A stretch of 64,000 nt of DNA from Sphaerodactylus townsendi. Taxonomy: Eukaryota. The stretch is taken from the NCBI RefSeq assembly GCF_021028975.2, contig NC_059426.1, positions 146,258,001 through 146,322,000 of the forward strand. Reading direction: 5' to 3'. How positions within the stretch are numbered: position 1 is the stretch's first letter; each line of letters begins with the position of its first letter. A program made the position numbers and the translations under genes. The notes beneath the pieces are model-generated. The model saw only the letters and a program-made list of their open reading frames with translations. It searched no databases and was not told where the DNA came from. Below are positions 1 through 10,800 of this stretch, one piece after another.

Positions 1-919
1 GTTTAACCGTTAACTTTTCCATTTTTACTCACCTTGCCAACCCCAAGCCCATGTCTTTCCGCTTGTAGGTGGCCCAGGGAGTCTCCAGGTGAACTCTTGG
101 TGCACTGGTTTCAAAAGGGGAAGGTCCCGAACTCCCACCAAATAAACACAACCCCAAAACAATAACTTCTAACATTTACAATACAGAACAAAAGTCTCCC
201 TCCCATGCTAGTTCCCATAAAAACATCATAGTTATTTTAAACAAGGTGTTAAGAGCCTATAATTAAACTTTAAGCTCCCAGACAGGAAGCCTTGCCTCCT
301 CCTTCTAGTTTCTATACATTCTGCACCTTTCTGCCTCGGGAAGCTCCACCGCTTCCTGGCTCATTCCATTCCTATGGAGAGGTTACACTGGCTTCACATA
401 TGCACTTAGATGTGTGTTAGGCTCCCTGCAATCATACACTTAAATTCATGAAGATCATGGGCGGTGGTAGTGGTGATGGACCCACCCTGCTGTTTGCACA
501 TTCAGTGGATGTTCACATGAACATTTAAAAAGGGCTACTGTAAGGAGAAAGATGTGTGTTAGCGTGTAGGGGATGATTCTTTTTTTTTACATACTGCCTG
601 CTACATTTGATTTTTTTTCTATTTTCAAAATAAAGAAACCAACAGTAGCATCCTAAGCAAAGTTAGGATATTAGAGTTGAAGTCAGTGGGTTTGAAGGGT
701 GGAACAGTACTTAGGTATTGCTAAAAAGCCAAAGATCCCTCACTTCCAGCTTGTCCAAATTAACCGAGTCACACTGTGCTGACGCCCTTTTAAATTGCTC
801 CCATGGAAGAGATGCCCACTGTGATATGTTCCCTCTAAGGCCAATTCTTCCTACAACCCACCATGATCCTTGTCACATGATTCCATGGGTGCAGCACATC
901 CTGAGGGTGCACATTCTGA

Positions 920-1110
920 GTCTAGGTGGTGACTGGAGATCTCCCTCTATTACAACTGATTTTCAGGCAATACAGATCAGTTCACCTGAGGAAAACGGTC
1001 ACCTTGGAAGGTGGACTCTATAGCATTGTACCCTCCTCTCACCCAAACTCTGCCCTCCACAGGCTCCACTCCCAAAATTTCCAGATATTTCCCAATCCGA
1101 AAATGGCATC
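920..1110. mobile_element. Copy of an abundant ~200-bp MITE (AGGGTTGCCA...TGGCAACCCT-type ends, hAT-Tip100-like)
   Basis: Shares core 'ctggagatctcc..ttacaactgat..cagttc..ctg.gaaaa.gg..ttgga.ggtggactctat.gcatt' with about 10 other copies in the window; boundaries approximate. Confidence 0.55.
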
Positions 1111-1302
1111 TCCCCCCCCCACCCCCACACACACATATATATATTGTTCTAGTTGGATAAGGGCTTGCTGTGCCTTGGAGGACTAAGGGGCTTTCCCCAT
1201 TGACAGAGTTGAACTGGTTTCTACCTAGGTTCGCCTTAAATGCAATGTGCAGTGAGTTTATAATTATCAGGTCTCATTTGGCCACTAGGGGGAGATGGAA
1301 AG

Positions 1303-1660
1303 TAGGAGTTGCCAGATCCAGGCTGGGAAAGTCCTGGAGATTTGGGGATGAAGCCTGGGAAGGACAATGCCCCAGAGTCCATCCTCCAAAACATCCATTT
1401 ACTCCAAGAGAACTGATCTCCAGAGGCGTAGCTCCAACAGGGTGGGGTGGGGTGTGACGCCCCGGGCGGAGCCACAGCAGAGGCGGAGCCAGGGCGTGCC
1501 AGGGGCATTCCAGGGTGGGGGCGGGTGCCACCGCACCAGGGGCGCAGGCAGGGCGTGCATGTGCCTCGGGTGGAGTTTTTCCTCACTCAGCCTCTGCTGG
1601 TCTCTAAAGTCTGAGTTGCAATTCCAGGGGATCCCCAGGGTCCACCTGGAGGCTGGCATC
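1303..1660. mobile_element. Same abundant MITE family (opposite orientation), interrupted by a younger hAT MITE
   Basis: gttgccaga...ggctggcatc ends; the core resumes after 1604. Confidence 0.55.
1421..1596. mobile_element. hAT-type MITE, CAGAGGCGTAGC family (176 bp)
   Basis: Starts cagaggcgtagc, ends gcctctg; 8-bp TSD ctgatctc/ctggtctc (7/8). Confidence 0.8.
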
Positions 1661-2576
1661 GTTTGAGAGAAGTGGTGAATGATTCAAGGTACTTTTTTCA
1701 AAAACTAATGCTTTGCTCCAGGTTCTGTTTTGGGGGACCTCATCCAAGGGCTACCCCTCTCTTGTTTGAGTGTTCAGTTAATGCCAAATTTATAACAAAG
1801 GCATTGTTAAGAACTGCCGTTGACTAAATTGCAAAAGAAAAAAAAGATACTGAGTTCTTTTAACAACAATGCCATTTGTCTAGGTCTTGCAACATTATTA
1901 TTATGCAAGGTTTAAAAATGAGGTCTTCCAACCATAAAATTACTAATTGGGCTTCTCTAGCAAAAAAAAAAGTTAAATAAATGTCTCATTACTGTCAGAT
2001 ATTTGATTTCTTGTTTTATGGCTGGCAAAATGAATTATTTTCAGTTGCACAGGTAAAAAAATCCAAGATGTCATTTCCCTTCCTGAAATAAATTATATGG
2101 GTGTAATTGTCATTTTTTAAATAGAATCATTTTAAAATGCTCCAAATTTCAGTCTGTTGGCAAAGAGGTCCAATGCTATTCAGTAGGCCTTCCTAGGAAA
2201 GCATCCTTAGGGTTACAACTGGGATGTAGTACTTCTCCCAAAGGTCAAGTATGGAATGCCAAGTATTTCAATACACAATTCAAAAAGAAAATATACAATT
2301 CAAAGAAGTCTTTTTGCTTACTTTTAAAGACCTAGCTATGTTGCAGCCAGGATAACGATACAACATCACCTGTATTGTACTGCTTGCCATTTAACATCCT
2401 CATCTCTCACATGAAGGTGAGATGAGTGGTAAATAGAGACGGAGTTTCTCAGTGTTTGCACCCCTTTCCTGGAATGCCCTAACTTGGTAACTATTTTCTC
2501 GCAATTCTAAGCAGGCTACAATATTATTGTTTAACCAAGTGATTGACTTACGCTTTATTCCCATGTGTTTTAGCAT

Positions 2577-2577
2577 T

Positions 2578-2624
<47 letters not shown>

Positions 2625-2625
2625 T
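2577..2625. repeat. (TTTA)n microsatellite forming the 3' tail of the adjacent LINE
   Basis: About 12 TTTA units directly visible. Confidence 0.9.
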
Positions 2626-3735
2626 AATCAAATTTATATACCGCCCCTCCCCCGAAGGGCTCTGGGCGGTAAACAACACAATCTAACAGCAATAACATTA
2701 AAATCCCAGTTAAAACAGCGAATTAAATAAATAAAGTTACAACGGCATCCAACAAAACTTCATAAAACATAATACACCCACCCTGGAAACAGACCCAAAA
2801 AGCTGAGGGCCCCATAAAATTAAGGGCCCAGAGCATAAAAAGGAGGGGAGGAGGGGGAGGGCGCACTTCAGCGGTCAGCCCCTCCAAACGCCCGGTGGAA
2901 CAATTCGGTCTTACAGGCCCTGCGGAACCCTCCAAGATCCCGCAGGGCCCGGATAGCTGGTGGTAAAGTGTTCCACCAGGCAGGGGCCAGGGCTGTAAAG
3001 GCCCTGGCCCGGGTAGAGGCCAACCGCATCATCGAGGGGCTAGGGACAACCAGCAAGTTGGCCTCTGCCGAACGCAGAGGCCGCAGAGGGACATATGGGG
3101 TAAGACGGTCCCGAAGGTACGAAGGTCCCAGACCGCGTAAGGCCTTAAAGGTGAGTACCCACACCTTATGAATGATTCGGAACTCAACCGGAAGCCAATG
3201 CAGGCGACGCAACACAGGTTGAATGTGTTCTCTAAAGGCACCACCTGTGAGCACACGCACCGCTGCATGTTGTACCAGTTTCAACTTCCGGATCAGACGT
3301 AAGGGAAGGCCCGCGTAGAGCGAGTTACAATAGTCTAACCTAGAGGTGACCGTTGCATGGATCACAGTGGCGAGGTCTGCCTGGGAGAGGAAGGGGGCCA
3401 ACCGCCGGGCCTGTCGAAGATGGAAAAACGCAACCCGGGTTATATGGGCCACCTGGGTCTCCATTGAAAGAGACGAATCCAGGTGGACCCCCCAGGCTGC
3501 GGACGGAGGAGGCTGGTGCCAATGTAGCCCCCTCCCACTCCGGCGGCTGGAAATCCCCCACCTCCCCCCGGCGGCCCAGCCAAAGGATCTCCGTCTTCGA
3601 TGGATTCAGTTTTAACCTGCTCTGTTGTAACCATCCAGCAACCGCCTCCAAACAATGCTGTAGAGCTGCAGGGGCAGCAACTGTCCCCCCCTCCATCAGC
3701 AGAATGAGCTGAGTGTCATCAGCATACTGGTGACA
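2577..3735 (-). mobile_element. 5'-truncated L2-clade LINE (RT C-terminus, 3' UTR and tail), relatively young
   Basis: Minus-strand QYADDTQL at ~3706-3729, LKLNPSKTEILW, and AFFHLRQARRLAPFL...TSRLDYCNSLYAGLP (ORF 2868-3464); one frameshift near 3490; many CpGs retained; (AAAT)n tail. Confidence 0.92.
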
Positions 3736-3956
3736 GATCAGCCCAAAGCTATGGGCCCTTTATGCCCTTTATGCCCTTTAAGATTAGTTTCCTATTGCTA
3801 TGTCATTTATTCACTTATTAGAGGACAAGTACATCCATGGCTTCTAGCTGTAGGGACTAAAGGGAACCTCCATTCTGAAAAAGGCAACATCAAGGGGGAG
3901 GTCCGGGCCACTATGCCCTGTTTTTTGGGCCTCCTAACTGGTTGGTCACTGTATGA

Positions 3957-4090
3957 CAGGGGTGTCCAGCTCTGGCACTTCAGATGTTCATGGACTACAA
4001 TTCCCATCAGCCCCTGCTGGCCGAAGGGAATTGGGGCTGATGGGAATTGTAGCCCATGAACATCTGAAGCACCAGAGTTGGACACCCCTG
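3957..4090. mobile_element. Palindromic hAT MITE (134 bp)
   Basis: caggggtgtcca...tggacacccctg; almost the whole element is self-complementary; perfect 8-bp TSD ctgtatga. Confidence 0.9.
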
Positions 4091-4197
4091 CTGTATGAAA
4101 TAGGATGCTAGACTAAACGGACCACTGGTTTATCATGAATCTACTTACATTATGTTGCCTGGAATGTTTTTGTGTATTGTGTTGTTTTTACTGATGA

Positions 4198-4538
4198 AGA
4201 GCCCTATGGCACAGAGTGATAAGCTGCAGTCCTACAGTCAAAGCTCTGCTCCTGACCAGAGTTCCATCCCGACAGAAGTCAGTTTTTAGATAGCCAGCTC
4301 AAGGTTGACTCAGCCTTCCATCCTTCTGATGACAATAAAACGAGTAGTTAGGTTGCTGGGGGTAAAGTGTATAAAACTGTGAAAGGCAATGGCAAATCAT
4401 AAACAAAGTCTGCCCCGTAAACCTCATGGTGTGATGCCACCCCGTGGATCAGTAATGACTTGGTGCTTGCATAGGGGACTTGGTTTATGGTTTGCACAGG
4501 GGACCTTTGGTTATGGTAAAGGGGACCTTTACCTTTTA
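4198..4538 (+). mobile_element. Sauria-SINE-like element
   Basis: tRNA-like head, core 'caaggttgactcagccttccatccttc', tail ggggacctttacctttt. Confidence 0.8.
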
Positions 4539-7263
4539 CTGATATTAGCTGATTTTTAAAAAATTGCTGTGTTTCTTAATTGTTAACTACCTCCAGCAGG
4601 TCTCTGAAGATGCACCATATGAATAGTAAATGAATGAAATATCTGTGCTATTCAGACCCAAGACCTTCAGGTTTTACAAACATGCATTTTTTAAAAGGGA
4701 GATGTCAGAAAATGACAGTCCTTTAATCACTGGCATGCCTTGCTGAGAAATCTGCCTCAGAAAGAAGCTTACTATTTATCAAGGAGAGATTACACTACAG
4801 TAGTTATATTTCCTAGGGTGAAATTAAAAGGACCATCAGTCCTCACGATTCAGAGCAAAACCTGGTTACCAGCTGGGAACTTACCTCCAGGATATGAAGG
4901 CGGACAATTAAGCACATTATGAATATTTTGTACCTTCTTCTGAAATGCTGATCCTTGTAGGATAATGCTGCATTATCGTGCCTCAGGGACTCATACTCTA
5001 TTGCAGCATGACTTGGCCTGTGGTGCTGTAAAAGGAGAGCTGGAATATATAATCTATGAAATGAAGACATTAGCTTTGACCCAGTGTGTTTATTCCAAAC
5101 TCATAACTCTTCCAGGAATCTGTCTTTAAGCAGTTTTGCTACACCTATTACTTTGGGTGGGTGGGTGAGTGGGGGATAAAGCCTGCAGAAAAAAAATGAA
5201 TCAGTTGTCCCAGATTTGTTTCTTTATCCACTGTTTCAAAGGCTAAAGAAACCACTGCTAAGGTAAACATGTACAGGCAAGCTTTACATGTTCAGAGTAT
5301 TTAGCTTCTGGTATATGACGACAAGCAATAAAGGTCTCATAGAACATTAGAAAAACATCTTCAGGATCTCCCTCTTTTAGTGCTTTTTATTTATTTTTTA
5401 TTTCATTTATATGCTCAGAGCATTTTACATCATAAAATATACAGAATAAAATGTCAGATACACAATAATGTACATAATAAATTAGGATATGCTTTAAAAC
5501 CTGCATATATGGCACACAATTAAATCCTGATGGAATTTCTGGCACATAAATCCGGATGGAACTTCTGGATGTTCCAACCCTCAAAACTCACAAAACAACA
5601 GAAAGGAGGGACAAAAAGAAGAGAAGTGGAAAAGGAGGCCAGCAGTGATACGACCATAACTGTTGTTGTCCTCAGCTATAGGCCCTAGTAGAACTGCTCC
5701 ATCTTACAGGCCCTACAGAATTAAGGCAACCTGTCAGGTGGGACCCATGGTTTACTTCTTCTGCCATGAGTGGAAGAGGAACTGGGTAGTGTTTTGGGGG
5801 TAAGCAGCTTTTCCCTCTCACTGTAGCCACTGAAAATTGCCCACATAGAGTATTCTGCAGTAGAGAAGAGGTTGTCAAACAGCTGTGTACAAAGTGTGGA
5901 TCATATTTGATGAACATATTAAGGTTTCAGCTTCTGTAACCTTTGCTTGCTGAGGAATTCATAAGTGCTGAGCAGGACAGTCACATCTGCAGACATGTGT
6001 AGTAGAATATTGCAAAACTTGCAAGAAAAACCAGACATGTCCAGTACAACTGTAATGTGTGTGATTGAATGAATTTAAGATTCAGCAATATGTAACCTTA
6101 TTTGGAATAGCCTGATTCTTGTTTGTTTCAGTGTGTAAAAGACTTGCTTTGGGCGGAGTTCCACAGAGAAACACCCTAGTGGGCACCAGCCCCATTTCTC
6201 TCACCAACAAACAATAAAGCTTTAATTGTGGAACTTTTGATGGTCCGCAATTTAGCTTTTAGCTCAACAAAAGTGGTCAGCCTTGTGAACAAGAAGATAA
6301 AAGAAGCCAGTTTGGCCAACTTTCCCATGTGACAGCATTGGAAGGAGAAGTCAAATGAAATGATGAATTCAACTATACAGAAAATGAAAGATGCGCAGCC
6401 ATATTCAGCCAAATTAAGTAACAATAATATTAATATTCACCTTATGCCAGGTGTGCTAAAATGAAGTTGCACTTGTTTACCCAGACTTTCTGTTGATTTT
6501 TCTGTGAGTTTCTGTGTGTGGGATTTTGTTAAAATGTTAATCCTGTTTTTAATTATCTGTAAACTACCTTGAACACCTTTGATAGAAAGAGTAAGATATA
6601 TGTGGTTTAAATGTATTATATTACTTACATGCATGCATACAACTATTTTTTTAAAGTTATGCTTTTCTGATTCTAGACTTTGCATTTATTTGGATATTTT
6701 ATATGCCGGTTCTCCAGCAAACCTATCCTACATGTTCCTTGTATATCCTAAAGAGCTGATTGTGGTATCAATTTAACCACAGGGACAGCTTTGTGAAACT
6801 GTGGTATCTTGGAAAGACAGTTGAAAAGCAAGGTTTTAAACGAGGGATTTGAAGAGGAAAGGATGCTTCTTGACAAGGTGGAGAACACTGTTCCTGGCAT
6901 AGCAAATAGGATTATAGGGATGTTTGCTGATTTGGCTCATGTCATGTTCACCTGCCATGACATAGAGCCAGTTTTCCAATAGGTAATTCAGTTGTTCACA
7001 AACAGCTTCAGTCCATTTCACATGTGTGATAGAATAGCATCTGTGTGAACTGACTCTCATATATCCCTGGTTAGTTAAAATAGAAATGTAGTCAAACAAG
7101 GAAGGTATTTTAAAATTGCAAGGAAAACTCTGTGTCTTGCCATTTTAAGTTTGTTAGGACACTAAGTGCAAGTTTGTTCAAGTGTGTTAGGACATTAATC
7201 ACAGCAACCATCATAACCACCACAACTCACCTTCCTTCCAGATATTATCAAGAGGCTGATAGC

Positions 7264-7542
7264 GGGCCTTTCCCCACTTAGCTTCTGCTGCGCGCTACTC
7301 GGGCCAAGTAGCGCGGGGTCCCGGGGCACTCCCCACTACAGGAGCAGCGACAACGCAGCTGCCCCGACGCTGCCGCTGTCGTGCCCCCTCAGCGCACGTC
7401 ATTCCTGGCGCTGGAGAAAAGGCGCCTTTTGATGACCCCACAGAGTGTGGGGTCGTGGGCAAGCCAGGGCGCGTGCCAGAAATGACGTGCGCAGTGAGTA
7501 GCGCGCAGCAACGGTGGTAGAAGGAAAAGTGGGGAAAGGCCC
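7264..7542. mobile_element. PIF/Harbinger-type MITE (279 bp, CpG-rich)
   Basis: 16-bp TIR gggcctttccccactt/aagtggggaaaggccc; 3-bp TSD agc. Confidence 0.85.
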
Positions 7543-7749
7543 AGCCTCTCCTCCAAACATTAACTTTTTCTTAATTGAGTAGGGTTGCCAGCCCTGTGCC
7601 TCCCAATGCAAGGAGATCTGAGGGACCTGGAACTTGGAGAAAGTGTGGTCTCAATTCCAGGTGTCACTCTAGGAATTTCTGTAGACTCTGTGATCTTTAC
7701 TGCCAAGATCAGAGAAGACCTACAATGGAATACAAAATGTGAAAATACT

Positions 7750-8017
7750 CTGCTCTAAACTGTAAGGGGTTTTAAAGCAGCTTACAAAGTCCTTCCCCTC
7801 CTCTTCCCACAACAGTCACCTTGTGAGGTATGTGGGCCTGAGAGAGTTCAGAGAGAACTGTGACTAGTCCAAAGTCACCCAGCAGGTTTCATGTGTAGGA
7901 GTGATAGAACAAACCTGATTCACCAGATTAGAATCCACCACACATGTGGAGGAATGGGGAATCAAATTCAGTTCTCCAGATCAGAGTCTACCACTCTTAA
8001 CTAACTGCACCATGCTG
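7750..8017 (-). mobile_element. tRNA-related squamate SINE
   Basis: Reverse complement of head 'catggtgcagttagttaagagtggtagactctgatctggagaac'; same family at 15926, 32080, 42420 and 51792. Confidence 0.65.
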
Positions 8018-8194
8018 GAAATGGTCACTTCTATTTGAAGCCCTAGGAATTTCTCAATCTGTATAATCTGCCTCTGTTTTTTACAGTAGAGACTAGGGAA
8101 AAGTCTTGGAATGTCACCAATGTCCCAGAACAAGGGCAGGAGTCCACCCAATGCCACCAAGCAAAGGGTTAGCCTGTAATTGTATCATCCCTTG

Positions 8195-9204
8195 TCTATA
8201 TATATAAAAAGCAAACAGTGACTTTGTTAGTCACGCCCTAATGCTGAAACGGCTGGACGGATCGCCCCCAAATTTTCACATGACGTTCCTCCCTGTTCTG
8301 GGCAGGTAATCGGACCTTCAAATCGCCAAAAGTTCATACCTGAGCCAGGTAAAACATCTTTTTCCTTGCGCACCAGGCCATGAAGCTGGCTGTGTTTAAC
8401 TGTCACCCTTAGAATGTTCGTGCAGCCTGTCTGTGGCCTGAAGGCTTGGTATGAGGGCTTAGAATGTTTGTGCAGATGGGCAGAGATGAGCAGTGAAAAC
8501 AGTAAATAGGTAATACTGTTAGGTAATAAGAGTGGAAGTGAAACACATACACACTTTGCCGTGTGAGACATCAGGTGGGGTTTCCCCCCTCGCACGCAGG
8601 TAACTTTCACTCTCTGTGCCTCACCCACTGCTACCACACAATACACATCCAGCTCATCCTCACACACCTCACTCTGCCCTCCCTCACATCCAACCACCAC
8701 TTACGCACTTCCTCACCCATATTCACCACAGCTCTCTTTTACTAAAAGCAAGCTGGAGTTTGCCTTTTTCTTCTGAGAAAATCCACGGGATGGGGGCGAA
8801 CCAACACTACTGGCTCCGCTTCTTTTGCACATGGCCCTTTAAGAACCCAGAGAGTTGGCCTTGATTTCAGCGCCTCAGCACCCTGCCTCTGCTGCCTGAC
8901 TGGGATAGCCTCCTTGCCCCAGTTCTGCCTTACCCAAGCCAGGACTGTGTGTGTCAACCAGCCTCATGGACAGCGGGATTCGCACTCTGGATAGTTCTGT
9001 TGTGGAATGGAAAGGGTTACATTATACTAAAAAACCAAGACAGCACCATATAACAATGTGAATTGAAAAGGGAAAGAGGGATTCCATTTGACTACCCCAA
9101 AAGGCTATGCTGGGGATCATGGGACCTGCATGGACATCTGTGTGGGTTGCGGACTGTGATGAGAAGGACAATTGCCACAGCAACACGTGGCTGGGCCCCA
9201 CTAG
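8195..9204 (+). mobile_element. Non-autonomous Helitron (~1.0 kb)
   Basis: 5' TCTATATATATAAAAA start; 3' subterminal hairpin gccac-agcaacac-gtggc followed by CTAG|T; no TSD or TIR; base before TC is G rather than canonical A. Confidence 0.8.
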
Positions 9205-9310
9205 TAACTAATAAAAGGAATAGAGATGAACCATGTACATTCTCTGAATTCCTTGGAGGAAAAGTGAGGTAAAAATGTATAAACTACATAGTCTTCCAAA
9301 CTATGTCGGG

Positions 9311-10800
9311 CAGAGGCGGACCTCCCATAGGGCAGAAGAGGCAGCTGCCTTGGGCGTAGCAATTGTAGGTCACGTGGGGGGCGACAAAACGTCCGAGCGG
9401 CCCCGCCCACTCTGGACCCGGCCGCCCGACCCACAAGCCAGCCGGCTAACCGGAAGTCAAACTCAGGACGGGGAGAGCTCCGCCTCCGCAGTTCGGCGCG
9501 GCTGCCCTGACCCCGCCCACCATCTTCCCCTGCCTGGCCGGCCGGCCCCTTCACCCAGATGGCAGCGCAAGGATCACTCCAGTCCCCTGAGTCCCGGCCA
9601 ACAACCATTCACGGCCCCTGCCCTGGAGCAGCCGTCGCTGCCACCCCCCGGGGTCCTCCACATCATGCCGCCGCGGCGCCGCCTCTGCCGTCCGGGCTGG
9701 CCCGCCGCCCGCCTGCTTCCTCAAGGCCTGCACTCAGGCCTCCCGCCCCAGAGCAGCAGCAGCCGCCGCCAACCTCCGCCTGAGGAATCCCGGCGCCCGC
9801 CTCTACCCGGCCGGCCCGCCCAGCCGCTTCCTGAGGAGTTGCCCTCCTGCTGCGGCCGAGACGCTGGCCCGGTCCTGAAACCGCGAGGCCCGGCCGCGCT
9901 TCGCTTCCCACTGCCTCCGGCTCCCTGCTGCGCCTTCTGTGCAGCTCAAGAAGGTGAGCAGGAGCCGGGCGGCGAAGTGGCGCGGCCGCCAGCGCTGGAA
10001 CCTCAGCGGTTCGCTTGGACTACTGCTGCCGAGGGCTTACCCAGGCAGCAGAGAGGCTGGCAACAGCTGAAGCTGCAAGCAGAACCCGGCCGGCAGCGCG
10101 CAGCTTAAGCCCGAAGTGGTGGATTAACGGCGGCGGCAGCAGCGGCGGCTACTATTCCGGGGCTGGAGGCCTGAGTTGCGAGCCTGGCTTTGCAAGCGGC
10201 GGCTGAAGGCGCCCGAGCGGCAGAAAACGCGCCCGCCAGCGACATGATGCAGGCCGGAGACTGGGGCGTGCTGCCCGGCTGCTCCCGAGGGGCGAAGGCC
10301 TGAGACTAATGGTCAGCCCGGAGGACTCAAAGGCTCAAGCGGTGGAAGGCGGCCAGTGGCCTTGGCCGGTCTGAGAGCGTGGCCTGAGAGCAGCGGTCTG
10401 AGAGGCTCTGCCACCCTCCTGCTCTTGCCCGACCCTTGGATGGCGGCCCCGGTGGCGCTCCGAGAACCGTGAAGACCGCCCTTCATCGCTTCCCCAGTTC
10501 CATACTCCTGGCCAGCCGGCGTGGACTTGGCTGCTTCGCGACTACTAATGGAGCTGCCGCCACCTGCCAGCCAGGAGGTCCAGAAGAAGGCGAGGCATGT
10601 AGGGCGCCAGGGCAACGGCGGTCACTGGGGGGTCCTGCGGCGTGACTTTAGTCACGCGAGGGGAAGGCAGCCCGCCCACCACCTAAGCAGCTATTCAGCA
10701 ATCAGCAGGTGAGGCGCAGGGTGGCTGCCCATGGAGGGGGGGGGGGGGCACCCAACTCAGGTTTTGCCCGGGGGCGCAGGTTTGCATAGGTACGCCTCTG
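9311..10800. mobile_element. Non-autonomous hAT element (1490 bp), very GC/CpG-rich
   Basis: TIRs cagaggcggacct/aggtacgcctctg (12/13); 8-bp TSD atgtcggg/atgtccgg (7/8); GC-rich zone starts and stops at the TIRs. Confidence 0.8.

Noticed and set aside
2868-3696. Host protein-coding gene
   Set aside because: LINE RT C-terminal motifs, frameshift, 5' truncation and microsatellite tail
9275-10108. 277-aa Pro/Arg/Ala-rich ORF and overlapping ORFs
   Set aside because: Low-complexity product expected from very high GC; crosses the boundary of a TIR/TSD-bounded element; no domain recognised
9311-10800. Native gene CpG-island promoter
   Set aside because: The GC block coincides exactly with TIRs and an 8-bp TSD, favouring an insertion
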